Notes: a model not told the origin generated them from the sequence alone. A DNA stretch of 64,000 nt from Gemmiger formicilis (GCA_963612735.1 CAVDWX010000092.1:3439-67438); one strand, 5' to 3'; numbered from the stretch's first letter, positions 23,008-32,298 are shown. A program made the numbers and translations.

Positions 23008-23034
23008 AGAGGCCATTAAGGTCTCTTTTAATTT
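23008..23034 (+). terminator. rho-independent terminator
   Basis: agaggccattaaggtctc hairpin followed by TTTTAATTT, directly after the last plus-strand fibre-block gene. Confidence 0.6.
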
Positions 23035-23127
23035 GGCAGGGGATCCAGGAGTCGAACCCGGTTCGGAGGTTTGGACGCTCCTACGATGATTTTGAAGATC
23101 ACTGGCCAGAACCGTTAGCCCAATCCC
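23034..23127 (-). tRNA. tRNA with anticodon UCA (reads UGA) and long variable arm
   Basis: Minus strand GGGGATTGG-GCTA-ACGGTTC-TGGC-CA-GTGAT-CTTCAAA-ATCAT-[GTAGGAGCGTCCAAACCTCCGAA]-CCGGG-TTCGACT-CCTGG-ATCCCT-G-CCA. The T-loop is TTCGACT, the discriminator is G, CCA is encoded, the anticodon loop is 7 nt with U33 and A37, and the variable arm is about 23 nt. Confidence 0.6.
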
Positions 23128-23162
23128 CTGTAAGGGATGAGTACCTATCGTCGCAAATTAGT

Positions 23163-23459
23163 CTTACGTTTGTAAGGTGCTCAAGTTTGATTGTACCCTT
23201 TTGGCGTCATTGTTTGAAGTTTCTCTATTCAATACTTTTCACGCCGATTAAGGTCTTTGATAGAACACATCTCCAATACATCTCAACGAAAGAAAGTTTT
23301 GTTTCTCTTAAAATCTCTTTGCATCTGTTTGTTTGGATGTGTTCCCTTTTGTAGGGAATGAAGATGTTGGTCTCTGCGACGGGGAAGATCGTCAGTTTGA
23401 CCAACATACTGTTTTCCGCTTTTCATATTGGTGATTACATAGATACCGCTAACGGCCAT
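23163..23459 (-). CDS. minimal GIY-YIG domain protein (98 aa)
   Basis: MAVSGIYVITNMKSGKQYVGQTDDLPRRRDQHL... It has two TGA=Trp codons, its GC content and codon usage differ from neighbours, and it sits directly beside the tRNA. Confidence 0.6.
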
Positions 23460-23482
23460 GTCTTCTCACCTCACCTCGCTTA

Positions 23483-23773
23483 TTAAAAGTTTAATTTAGC
23501 CACAACAATATAAGTATCAGGTTTAGTAACTTCGCCGGCTTTATTAGTTTTGCCTTGTTTAAACTTTTTGTCTACACCAGCAAAATTAGGGTTTTGACGA
23601 ACTTCATCAACTTTACGATCAGCTGCATCTTCGCCATAGAAAGTATAAGTTTCTTTAGTTTTAACTACATCGAAACCACTAATAGTTTCGTTATGTTCAA
23701 GGGCGAATTCAATTTTAGTTAAACCTTCTTTTTCGTGTACTTCTACGTATCTTTCAATATCACTTAAAATCAT
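23483..23773 (-). CDS. hypothetical protein (96 aa)
   Basis: Intact ORF downstream of the promoter at 23809..23837. Confidence 0.45.
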   Translation of the reverse strand: MILSDIERYVEVHEKEGLTKIEFALEHNETISGFDVVKTKETYTFYGEDAADRKVDEVRQNPNFAGVDKKFKQGKTNKAGEVTKPDTYIVVAKLNF

Positions 23774-23808
23774 TTCGCATTACCTTTCCTTTCTTAACTT
23801 TATAATAT

Positions 23809-23837
23809 ATTATACTACAATTTTTCAATTCTGTCAA
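23809..23837 (-). promoter_or_regulatory. sigma70 consensus promoter
   Basis: cttgacagaattgaaaaattgtagtataatat on the minus strand. Confidence 0.65.
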
Positions 23838-23947
23838 GAATTTTTTCCGCATCTGGAGAATTTGATTATAATACCACCTTGTTATATAATATATTAACAG
23901 ATGAGAGAAAGCAATTATTCACTCTCCGCCATCTGTAGGAGGTATTT

Positions 23948-24607
23948 ATGGCATATTTTGGCATTAGCCTAAAAAACAACGAAGAACAACAAGAGTTCGC
24001 GCGATTAATTTCGAGTTCTGAGAAGCAAATTATCTTCTGCACCGGAAAGGCCGGAACCGGTAAAACCTTTGCCGCACTAGCCACGGCGCTTCAACTTAAA
24101 GCGCTTGAAAAGCGTTATGACCATATCGTGTATTCGCGCAACCCGGTCCAGCTAGGTGAATCAATGGGTTATCTGAAAGGAGATATTGATGATAAATTCA
24201 CTCCCTTTATGGGCGGTTTAATCGACAATCTCAAAAGCATTTCACGTGCCAGCACTCTAAAACCTAATGTTAACGACCTTAAAGCCAAAGTAGAAATTGT
24301 ACCAATCGCATTTTTACGAGGACGTTCATTTTCAAATACCATACTAATAATTGACGAGGCGCAAAATTTGGACTTAACAACCCTAAAGGCTGTGCTAACC
24401 CGCTTCGATGATTATTCAAAAATCATTTTAATGGGCAGTATGAACCAAATTGACGACCCTAAACAAGCTCGCAAAGATAGATGCGACTTCCTTAAAGTTA
24501 TCGAAGCCTTGGCAGATGAGCCTTATGTAGGAATAGTCGAATTAGTGCAATCTATGAGATCGGCGCATTGTGTCCGCATCGATGAATTGTTAGGGCAAAT
24601 CAAGTAG
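23948..24607 (+). CDS. phoH: PhoH-like ATPase
   Basis: Walker A GKAGTGKTF, Walker B IIDEAQN, and the PhoH signature MGSMNQID. Confidence 0.8.
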   Translation: MAYFGISLKNNEEQQEFARLISSSEKQIIFCTGKAGTGKTFAALATALQLKALEKRYDHIVYSRNPVQLGESMGYLKGDIDDKFTPFMGGLIDNLKSISRASTLKPNVNDLKAKVEIVPIAFLRGRSFSNTILIIDEAQNLDLTTLKAVLTRFDDYSKIILMGSMNQIDDPKQARKDRCDFLKVIEALADEPYVGIVELVQSMRSAHCVRIDELLGQIK

Positions 24608-24635
24608 CGGATGCCGAGAAACTGCTTGGCCTGTC

Positions 24636-24690
24636 CGTCAACGGCGCATAGAGGGGACCCTTTAGGGTCGCCGCTCTTTTGATTCCTATA
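24636..24690. terminator. bidirectional terminator between convergent phoH and dut
   Basis: GC hairpin gaggggaccctttagggtcgcc followed by CTCTTTTGATT. Confidence 0.45.
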
Positions 24691-24723
24691 CCGCTTTGAT
24701 TCTTATGACGCTTTGATTAAATA

Positions 24724-25215
24724 CTACTTACCACTTGAACCTAATTTGCCTTCACCACGTTCACTACGAGTGAGTGCAGATTGATATTCTTCGTCGGAAG
24801 CAATAGTAGTAATCACATCAATACGATATTCAGGTATTAATTGAGCAATACCTTTACTAATTGGATAATAACCCTTACCTTCTTTAACTGTCCATTTGTC
24901 TACTCCATCAGTAATAATAACATCATAATCATTAGTATTGCATAAGGCAATAAAAATCTCGCCCATATATTGCTCGTCAATAATACCACAATGAATGTGA
25001 AGACCTTTTGAACCAGTACTGCCTCTATCAGCTGCTCTCAACCAGATATGGTCAGGAAGAATAACTTTTAATCCAGTTGAAATCATTACTGTTGTATGAG
25101 CAGGAAGAATAGTAGGCTCAATTGCATAAACATCAAAACCTGAATCACTATCTCTCTTAGTGGGAATAATTGCTTTTTCATTACAAGGATACCATTTAAT
25201 AATTTTTTCTTGCAT
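24724..25215 (-). CDS. dut: dUTP diphosphatase
   Basis: dUTPase motifs SGFDV, RGSTG, GIIDEQYMGEI and C-terminal RGEGKLGSSGK. Confidence 0.8.
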   Translation of the reverse strand: MQEKIIKWYPCNEKAIIPTKRDSDSGFDVYAIEPTILPAHTTVMISTGLKVILPDHIWLRAADRGSTGSKGLHIHCGIIDEQYMGEIFIALCNTNDYDVIITDGVDKWTVKEGKGYYPISKGIAQLIPEYRIDVITTIASDEEYQSALTRSERGEGKLGSSGK

Positions 25216-25245
25216 ATAAATTGTCCTTTCTTAATATTATAATAT

Positions 25246-25274
25246 AGTATACTAAAAAATCCTCGTTTTGTCAA
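25246..25274 (-). promoter_or_regulatory. sigma70 promoter (TTGACA-17-TATACT)
   Basis: cttgacaaaacgaggattttttagtatact on the minus strand. Confidence 0.6.
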
Positions 25275-25289
25275 GAGGATTTTTCATTT

Positions 25290-26891
25290 TTAAAAATATA
25301 TTCAATTTTCCGGAGTAGCGAAGCCTTTAACACCCTTTTGATAGTAATGAACAATTTCATTTCATACCGCAGGTGCAAATCAATAAGCTCTTAATTCGTC
25401 ATCTGACATAGCCAATACAGAGTCTTCTGTAGAACTATATTTGAACAAAGGAACACCGGCTTCCATCATAATAGTAGAAATTAATAAACGTCCTGCAATA
25501 GGTCATTCAGAAGTTACCGGCAATCCTAAAAAATTGTTCCAATTACTTTTAACTTTCTCAAGTAACGTTTTGTCTTTAGGCATTTGAATAACCTGATAAT
25601 GATTATCATCTTTTACAGTTCTGCCATATATACTATCTCCTGTTAAAGTTGAACCTTCAATTGGTTCCATAGAAGTAAATACTACTTCTTTAAAATGTTT
25701 ATAAGCAGTCTTTAGTACCTCTACCTTTATTTCATCTGTAGTTTCATCAACACCAATTCAATTATTACTACTTATATTGGTTATACCCATCTTATATCAT
25801 TTAGGCATTGGTAGTTGTCCTGTTGGAATACGGTATAAACCTTTAGAAGGTCTAATTGTAAAAGTCTTTTCAGCTACTTTTAATGTCTCGCCTGAAAAAT
25901 TAACACGACCAATACCTTCACGATATTGTCTAGCCATGTTTTGTAGTGTCGTAATACCACGTGCAATAATTTTATTAACACGGTCAACTACGTCTGCTAC
26001 AATTGGTTTTAATGTTTCAAAAATAGTTATATCTAGTTCGCTGCTTAAATAAAAGGTGCTATCAATTTTCTGAGCTTCAGTTGCGATTTGATTATATATG
26101 CTTTTAGTTATTTCTTGTATAGAGTGCGCCAAGTCGGATTGCATTGGATCGTTTTTTGTTAATGCACAACCAATCCCCTTCATAATTAAATATTTTAATG
26201 TAGGCAAATCAGTACTAAGAAATTGAGTTAATGTTTGGCAGATGTATCGAGTAACACCATATTGATAAGGATGCAACAACTTAGTGCGAGCATCTTCAAT
26301 GTTTTGCCAATGTACTTCCAACTTAAAATCTTCTTGTGGATTTAAGTCGAAACGACGACCTCACTGAATAGAACGCCCTTTTAGAGACATTTGAGCTTTT
26401 CCCTTTTGAGCAGTTGTACCATTCATAGAAAAAGAAGGTACTTGTATTTTTAAATTTTTAACATTACGTAAGAATTCTTTAAACTTTTTATCTTTATTTA
26501 AATCATAAACTCAAGGAGATTGGCCACGAGAAGCAGTACCACCGATAATAGTATTTAATGATGCATAAGAACTATCATATGCTAATGTATACATCATTTC
26601 AGCAAAGTTTAATTTTGCTCCAGTATCATCGGTTTTAGTCGTCCATCCAGTATCAATAAATTCTTGATAAGCATCATTACCAATCCCAAAGCAACTTCCT
26701 TCATCATCATTAGTGCGTCAAAAATTGCCTGAATAACCCCATTTATTAATTGTATATGCAGCACCATCTGAACTATTTTTAACAAAGGCTTTGTTTACGT
26801 GGTCTAAAATACGATTTAAACTATTCAAATCGCGTGAATCTTTACCAATATAACCAATATTATCGTGCCTAATACAATAAATATATGCCAT
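25290..26891 (-). CDS. large hypothetical protein (about 533 aa, TGA read-through)
   Basis: ORFs 26718..26927, 25797..26321 and flanking segments share one frame across multiple TGAs. Start MAYIYCIRHDNIGYIGKDS is preceded by RBS aggagagg. Confidence 0.5.
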
Positions 26892-26924
26892 ACTTCTTAC
26901 CTCTCCTAATAAAAAAGTGACCCG

Positions 26925-27060
26925 CAACGGCTTGCACGTCTACCATATCTCTCCGCCGTTCTCCGACTTTGCTGGTAGTCTCTAACGTTTCGAAGGTCCC
27001 ATTTACTCCGTCGAGACTTGCGGGCTTCACCACTCATGCTACCACACATCGCGGACTACC
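26925..27060 (-). promoter_or_regulatory. GC-rich structured 5' leader with terminator-like stem plus U-run immediately before the RBS (attenuator/riboswitch-like)
   Basis: Transcript from the promoter at about 27070-27100 (TTGATA-17-TATAAT). Contains ggtagtc...gactacc pairing and a long-range cccgcaa...ttgcggg stem ending in tcacTTTTTT, followed by the RBS. Confidence 0.4.
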
Positions 27061-27094
27061 CTTAAGGTCATTATATTATATGAAAAAATCGTAT

Positions 27095-27135
27095 TCTTAT
27101 CAAAAATAAGAGCAGTCAAATTTGACTGCCCCGCT
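27095..27135 (-). terminator. rho-independent terminator
   Basis: Perfect palindrome gcagtcaaatttgactgc followed by TCTTATTTTTG on the minus strand. Confidence 0.65.
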
Positions 27136-27393
27136 TTATTGATTTTGAACTCTTTTTAACATAGCCGCATAGCATTTTTCGCTTTCTTCCTTGAATGCTT
27201 TTTCAAAAGGTGTTTCGGCAGATGCGAAAATAATGTCATGCAAAGACTTATAATGACCCATTTCTTCAGTAGCGATATGGTGAAAAGTTGCTCTTTTAGC
27301 CTTATCGTCACATTCTTCTTCTAATTCTAGGTAGCTATAAAAGTCCGCCTTTTCTTCATGTAATTTTTCAATAAGTTCGCTAATAATCTTCAT
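27136..27393 (-). CDS. hypothetical protein (possible ferritin-like/HxxxE helical protein)
   Basis: ORF 27136..27477. The internal Met at 27393 avoids a 98-nt out-of-frame overlap with 27380..27583. Confidence 0.35.
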   Translation of the reverse strand: MKIISELIEKLHEEKADFYSYLELEEECDDKAKRATFHHIATEEMGHYKSLHDIIFASAETPFEKAFKEESEKCYAAMLKRVQNQ

Positions 27394-27583
27394 TGAAACG
27401 TTCTCCCAGCCATGCTTGAACGCATGCGTTAAAACCAGACTTAACTTCAAATACGAATACAGTTTCTCTTTCTGCACCTCTTTTTGGTTTTAAATCAACG
27501 ATAATATAACCGTTTTGTAATAACCATTGCGCTAATTGCGGACTAAAAATTAATTTTGTTTTATTCATTTGTAAAATTCCCAT
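27380..27583 (-). CDS. hypothetical small protein
   Basis: Intact 67-aa ORF MGILQMNKTKLIFSPQLAQWLLQNGYIIVD... Confidence 0.35.
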   Translation of the reverse strand: MGILQMNKTKLIFSPQLAQWLLQNGYIIVDLKPKRGAERETVFVFEVKSGFNACVQAWLGERFNEDY

Positions 27584-27902
27584 TCCTTTCTTTATTAAAC
27601 CTTTCTTTAAATAATTTAATTTTATCTTCTACCTCTTGTGCGGCAAAAGCTCCTAATTGTTCAGTATTAAGAGATTGACCTTCTTGCTCCATAAAAGCAC
27701 TAACATAAGGGTCTATTAATTTGATAATATAATTACCAATGACTCCTCCAAACATACCCAGCATCGGCACTCCTGATACTAAGTTTTGAATTTCCCGATT
27801 TAACATACTATATAATATTTCTTTATCTGATGGACCATTACTTGCGGCGGCCGTTGCCATCGTTTGTGTTGGTACTTTGCGTTGAGACGTTTGTCGTTCC
27901 AT
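27561..27902 (-). CDS. hypothetical protein
   Basis: Intact 113-aa ORF. Confidence 0.35.
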   Translation of the reverse strand: MERQTSQRKVPTQTMATAAASNGPSDKEILYSMLNREIQNLVSGVPMLGMFGGVIGNYIIKLIDPYVSAFMEQEGQSLNTEQLGAFAAQEVEDKIKLFKERFNKERNGNFTNE

Positions 27903-28326
27903 TGATTAATTCCTCCAATTCTTTAATTTGTTTTTGTAGTGCAAGATTTTCGGTTTTAATCTTGCTAACATCTTCAATAGTTGATGTTCTAAATTTACCA
28001 CGTGCATTTTTCAATGCTATTAGCACCTTTTCTGCGCTTGCACCATATTTTGAATTAATAAACTGCAAGCCAAATTGGTCTAATAAAAATGAGTTAAATT
28101 GTTGTGCATAATCAATGTTTGCTCTCATATAATCTGCATCTTGTTCAATAAATTGTCTTTCATCTTCAGAACAGGAATTCCATTCATCTGCAATATCATT
28201 AAATACAGTTCTATATTGATTATAAGGTGTAGGTTGTTGGGCGGCTTTTAAACGTAATAATTCTTCATACGTGTTAGACGCCCCGCCTTGAGAAAACTGA
28301 GGTCTCCCTGGCATATAACTATTCAT
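27838..28326 (-). CDS. hypothetical protein with C-terminal coiled coil
   Basis: Intact 162-aa ORF. Confidence 0.35.
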   Translation of the reverse strand: MNSYMPGRPQFSQGGASNTYEELLRLKAAQQPTPYNQYRTVFNDIADEWNSCSEDERQFIEQDADYMRANIDYAQQFNSFLLDQFGLQFINSKYGASAEKVLIALKNARGKFRTSTIEDVSKIKTENLALQKQIKELEELINGTTNVSTQSTNTNDGNGRRK

Positions 28327-28392
28327 GCTTCTTGCATCCTTTCATGAATCGGGTAAGCAGGTGGTGGTAAACCCCACCACCCAAAAAGTAAA

Positions 28393-28842
28393 CTAAGCGG
28401 CCGTTACAGTAGTAATAATTACTCCGATCAAAGTGCCGGCTGCATTATAAATTCTAACTGTTGTTACGCCAGCAGCCACGCCTGTAACAGTGATAATATT
28501 GTTAGCCACGGTCGCAGTTGCAGTAGCAACAGTTTCAGGTGTAGCAGTAGCTGCTCCATCAAGACCAACTGATGCAGTCTTGCCAACTTCAATAGATACT
28601 TGATATGTTGCAGGAAATTTCCCTTTAACAGTAACGGTTTGAAGTGTACGATTAGCTCCAGATGGAGTAACCGTTTGGATGACGTTAGTTGGTGTTACAA
28701 TTGGTGATTCAGGCAGTTTGCCTGCTAACAACCAACGATAAACAGGAGAGCTGTTTAATGTGCATGACTCATGTCCATAAGTGATGGCACTTAGACAGTA
28801 ACCATAAGGATGAACTTGAGAATATTCTAATACATTAAACAT
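28393..28842 (-). CDS. hypothetical protein with T/V/A-rich repeats and hydrophobic C-terminus
   Basis: Intact 149-aa ORF. Confidence 0.35.
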   Translation of the reverse strand: MFNVLEYSQVHPYGYCLSAITYGHESCTLNSSPVYRWLLAGKLPESPIVTPTNVIQTVTPSGANRTLQTVTVKGKFPATYQVSIEVGKTASVGLDGAATATPETVATATATVANNIITVTGVAAGVTTVRIYNAAGTLIGVIITTVTAA

Positions 28843-28853
28843 ACATCCACCTC

Positions 28854-29486
28854 CTAGTTTCCACTTGTAGTAGTACTAGTTAATGGTTGTGGACAAATAG
28901 AAGTGATAGGTAAACGTAATTGACCTGGTAAGAATGTGCTGTTAACATAACTTAAAATACTTGCATCTGCTAATTCAGCTAATTGACGATTATAGTCGAT
29001 AGCCGCATTAACCCTTTCGCCGCAACAATCAATCTTGTTGTTAGTGATAATGCCTTCGTAATAAGCACTTTGTTTGTTAAGAGCAACTTCTTTACTTAAT
29101 TCAACAACATAAGACATAACTTCTTTCATGTTTGCAGAGATTTTTGCATCTGCAGCATTACTTTGTGCGATAATGTTTTTGTAAAGGTCGATACCTACTT
29201 GGTCAGTATAACGCATTGCACGTAATTCTGCAACTTGAGATTCAAGTTCGTCTACAGTGTTGCCGTTTCCACCAAAGATGTTTAGGCCGCCTCGGCCATT
29301 GTTGGCTCCATTAGCCCAAAGTAATCCGGCTAAAGAGGTTCCGATGATACCTAATGCTAAACCAGCATTAGCTTTTCCATTGCTTGCATATTCCATTTTG
29401 TGTTCCTCACAAGGAATCCTTTCAGATACATTTTCTTTGCTTGATTTCCAAATTTTGTCACTCGAGTGTAGAAAAAACGACTCCAA
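28854..29486 (-). CDS. hypothetical membrane protein (one TM segment, coiled coil)
   Basis: TM segment AGLALGIIGTSLAGLLWA. The true start is probably the internal MEYASNGK. Confidence 0.35.
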   Translation of the reverse strand: MESFFLHSSDKIWKSSKENVSERIPCEEHKMEYASNGKANAGLALGIIGTSLAGLLWANGANNGRGGLNIFGGNGNTVDELESQVAELRAMRYTDQVGIDLYKNIIAQSNAADAKISANMKEVMSYVVELSKEVALNKQSAYYEGIITNNKIDCCGERVNAAIDYNRQLAELADASILSYVNSTFLPGQLRLPITSICPQPLTSTTTSGN

Positions 29487-29632
29487 GTTTTCGGCTCAGA
29501 ATCGTTTTCATGTTTAGGAAGGTAATTTACAAAGAGTAAAATAATTCATTTCTTATTTTACATTATAATTATATTGTATTTTCCTTTCTTTTTCAAATTT
29601 AGGGTGAAGATAATTAGTGCTATAAAATGATA

Positions 29633-29977
29633 TTATTGAATAAGATTAATTATGCTGTCTACGAGTTCTGAGAGTGATGTTGGCATATCTGCCTTGGCAT
29701 CTGCATCTTTAGAATTTCGGTGATAAGTCATATGGAATGAACCATAATCTTTTAAGAACGCTTCTTTGAGCGTCATAAAATGTTCGTAAGCATCTGTTAC
29801 TTCTTTTGCACGAGTTGCGCGCATTTCTTTTAACTTAGAAGCCTTTTCTTGTGCGGCTTTAGCTGCATCTTCAGCTTCTTTAACTAATTCAGGTGTATCA
29901 TAAAGTTTCTTGGTGATTTCGCTATAAAATTTCATAAATATCCCTCCTCTGCTTTGGATTTGAAATTCTATCTTCAC
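29633..29977 (-). CDS. hypothetical protein
   Basis: Intact ORF. Start likely at MKFYSEITKK. Confidence 0.35.
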   Translation of the reverse strand: MKIEFQIQSRGGIFMKFYSEITKKLYDTPELVKEAEDAAKAAQEKASKLKEMRATRAKEVTDAYEHFMTLKEAFLKDYGSFHMTYHRNSKDADAKADMPTSLSELVDSIINLIQ

Positions 29978-29984
29978 CCTTGGT

Positions 29985-30058
29985 GTCCCCGATGAGAGTC
30001 GAACTCATACTAAGCAGGTTTTGAATCTGCTGCCTCTGCCAATTGGGCTACGAGGACA
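29985..30058 (-). tRNA. class I tRNA with unusual anticodon loop (anticodon CAA, or UCA if the loop is 9 nt)
   Basis: Minus strand GTCCTCG-TA-GCC-CAATTGGCAGA-GGC-A-GCAGA-TTCAAAA-CCTGC-TTAGT-ATGAG-TTCGACT-CTCAT-CGGGGAC-A-CCA. Acceptor and T-arm are canonical. Anticodon stem has an A31-C39 mismatch. Confidence 0.55.
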
Positions 30059-30067
30059 TTGGAGAGC

Positions 30068-31021
30068 TTACTCTTCCGTAAGCGTTTCTTCTTTGGCTAT
30101 AATTAGTACATCCCCATAAGGAAAATTTAACCAAAAGCCACGTTTTTCATAACGTTCATAATGCGTCTTGATACGAGAGTACAATTGACCAAGAGCGTCT
30201 TCTTTATTCCATAAGTCGTACCAACCATTTTCCGTGAAACCCTCATTTGGAGTGGTAATTAATTGGAAGAAATAACGAGGATATATTCCTCCTCCATAAT
30301 CTTCTACTGTTATATTGTTTGTATACTTTAGAAGTTTTGATGCTACCTTTGCAAATTTACGAAGGTCTTTATGCATGCTTTTCTCTAGTCGTTTTTCTTT
30401 ACGTAACCAACATTGACGTTTTTGATATCTAAACCATGCCTTAACGCCAGATATTCCATCATCAAAGTTTACATGTCCGTTCCAAGCACGATATGGATGG
30501 TCGCGGATAAAATTGATGATAGACACAGTTTCGCCCTCTTCTAGACAAATGCTTCCGTCTGCTGCCATCAAAGTTGCCATATCACAACCATAATGAGAAG
30601 CAGATGGTTTAAACTTATCTATTTCATTTTCATACTGCGCGAAAAACTCTCCAACTATATTAACATCACCTTTATCGTTAACTCTGATACACCACCATAT
30701 ACCATATAGCCATCCCGGTGTTCCCTTCAATCTGAAATGTACCACAGTATTTGGACCATAGTCAAACAAGAAGTAACCATCTCCATATTCTTCAGTCGCG
30801 ATGGTATAGTTTTGACTTTTCAAATGCTCAAACAATTGATTTGTTAGCGCCAAAAGTTTTTCGCTTATGACATCATCTGTACTATAAACAGAAATTTCAG
30901 CATCAGGATAATATTTTAAGTGATTAGTAATTTCTTTGTCTAAATCATCAGATGACCAATAAATACTATCTGAATAACCTTCTTTATGATATTTAATATA
31001 ATAATACATGGTGATTACCAA
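30068..31021 (-). CDS. hypothetical protein (317 aa)
   Basis: Intact ORF. Confidence 0.4.
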   Translation of the reverse strand: MVITMYYYIKYHKEGYSDSIYWSSDDLDKEITNHLKYYPDAEISVYSTDDVISEKLLALTNQLFEHLKSQNYTIATEEYGDGYFLFDYGPNTVVHFRLKGTPGWLYGIWWCIRVNDKGDVNIVGEFFAQYENEIDKFKPSASHYGCDMATLMAADGSICLEEGETVSIINFIRDHPYRAWNGHVNFDDGISGVKAWFRYQKRQCWLRKEKRLEKSMHKDLRKFAKVASKLLKYTNNITVEDYGGGIYPRYFFQLITTPNEGFTENGWYDLWNKEDALGQLYSRIKTHYERYEKRGFWLNFPYGDVLIIAKEETLTEE

Positions 31022-31206
31022 TTCCTTTCTTTAATAATTAAATTTGCCATTTCTTCGTCAATGGCATAAGCCGCAAAATAGCGAGCTTGTTCTCCAGCTT
31101 GCCGACGTACATTATTAACGGCCTCATCTTCACTTTGAGCCAGAGTGGTAATAATTGCATCATTAAAAGCGCAATTGCCTCTTAAATAAATATAATACAA
31201 TACCAT
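31015..31206 (-). CDS. hypothetical small protein
   Basis: Intact 63-aa ORF overlapping the downstream gene start by 7 nt. Confidence 0.3.
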   Translation of the reverse strand: MVLYYIYLRGNCAFNDAIITTLAQSEDEAVNNVRRQAGEQARYFAAYAIDEEMANLIIKERNW

Positions 31207-31218
31207 AATAATTCCTCC

Positions 31219-31581
31219 TTATCTATAATTACCTAGTTCATCGTAAGCATCAATTAAATAGAACGGTAAGTCCCATTTAAACCAACTTTTTAAGTTGCTC
31301 CATTTCTCTTTACTCATATTTATTGTCATAAGCCAAATATCTTGTTCATTTTCAAAGCATATAAAGTATTCAGGATACTTTATTTCTAAAAGATGTTTCC
31401 AATCTTCTTCTGGTAATACAATTAAGTTAATTTCATTTGCCTTTTGTGTATAATTCATTAATCTATACATAAAAGCTCGCACTTCTTTCATTGGTACCAT
31501 AGGATTTAATTCACCATTATCCCATTTATTAATAAGACAACTAATAGCAACATTACTAATACCTATAAATCTATTTACCAT
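31219..31581 (-). CDS. hypothetical protein
   Basis: Intact 120-aa ORF. Confidence 0.35.
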   Translation of the reverse strand: MVNRFIGISNVAISCLINKWDNGELNPMVPMKEVRAFMYRLMNYTQKANEINLIVLPEEDWKHLLEIKYPEYFICFENEQDIWLMTINMSKEKWSNLKSWFKWDLPFYLIDAYDELGNYR

Positions 31582-31612
31582 ATAATTTCCCTTTATTTAT
31601 AATTAATCAGTT

Positions 31613-32218
31613 TTAAATTTTTGAAGTCAATTTACTTTGTTTTTTACGAGATTTTGCCTTCTCGATAGCTTCACGATGAATGTTTCTTGTATTTTTTAAT
31701 AAACCCGATTTAACTATATGACTTAAACAAATAGGAGTTAAATCAAGATGCTCCGCACAACAATTGATATGCAATCCGTCATCGTAACCAAAACAAGAGT
31801 GGTCATGGCCATGAATGTTTACTGCATAAGGAAAATCGATTGGTTCATGACTTAAGATTAATCTTTCAGCAATTATTACTGGACCAGCATAAACTTCATC
31901 AAATACGTTGGCATAGTATGAAGCACCTTGGTCATGATTACCTAAGATAAGAATCTTTTTCTTTGCCTTTAATTTTTTAACATATTCAATATTACCAACA
32001 TCACCTAAAATGACTAAAGTATCATTTTTGCCGCAAGTCTTATTAATACGCATTATTTGCAAAGCATCAAACTCCTCTAAGGTATTAGTATATTGTTTAA
32101 CCATACTTTTTCTAAGCAACCAATTTTCTTTATCGTCGAAATGTGGGTCGCTGTAAAACCATACATTACCAGATGCCGAAAACCAGTGTTTAAAAGCGGG
32201 ATATAATTCATATGCCAC
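31613..32218 (-). CDS. calcineurin-like metallophosphoesterase
   Basis: GDVGN...GNHD...GHDH metallophosphatase motifs. Confidence 0.65.
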   Translation of the reverse strand: MAYELYPAFKHWFSASGNVWFYSDPHFDDKENWLLRKSMVKQYTNTLEEFDALQIMRINKTCGKNDTLVILGDVGNIEYVKKLKAKKKILILGNHDQGASYYANVFDEVYAGPVIIAERLILSHEPIDFPYAVNIHGHDHSCFGYDDGLHINCCAEHLDLTPICLSHIVKSGLLKNTRNIHREAIEKAKSRKKQSKLTSKI

Positions 32219-32269
32219 AGTGTCACCACTCCTTTCTTTTTATCTTTTCTTCTTTTATTTTACAATTAT

Positions 32270-32298
32270 ATTATACTAAATTTTTTGCTTCTTGTCAA
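32270..32298 (-). promoter_or_regulatory. sigma70 consensus promoter
   Basis: cttgacaagaagcaaaaaatttagtataat on the minus strand. Confidence 0.65.

Noticed and set aside
23008-23130. tRNA at 23034..23127 as selenocysteine tRNA (selC)
   Set aside because: Not adopted as the primary call. The acceptor/T-stem geometry is 7+5 (or 6+5) rather than the bacterial 8+5, the D-stem is 4 bp rather than 6, and no selA/selB/selD genes or SECIS-like elements are seen in the window. Kept as an alternative in the finding.
28327-28392. Hairpin ggtggtggtaaaccccaccacc between two minus-strand genes as a terminator
   Set aside because: No U-run follows it on the transcribed (minus) strand. More likely an RNase III/processing hairpin or a translational coupling element.
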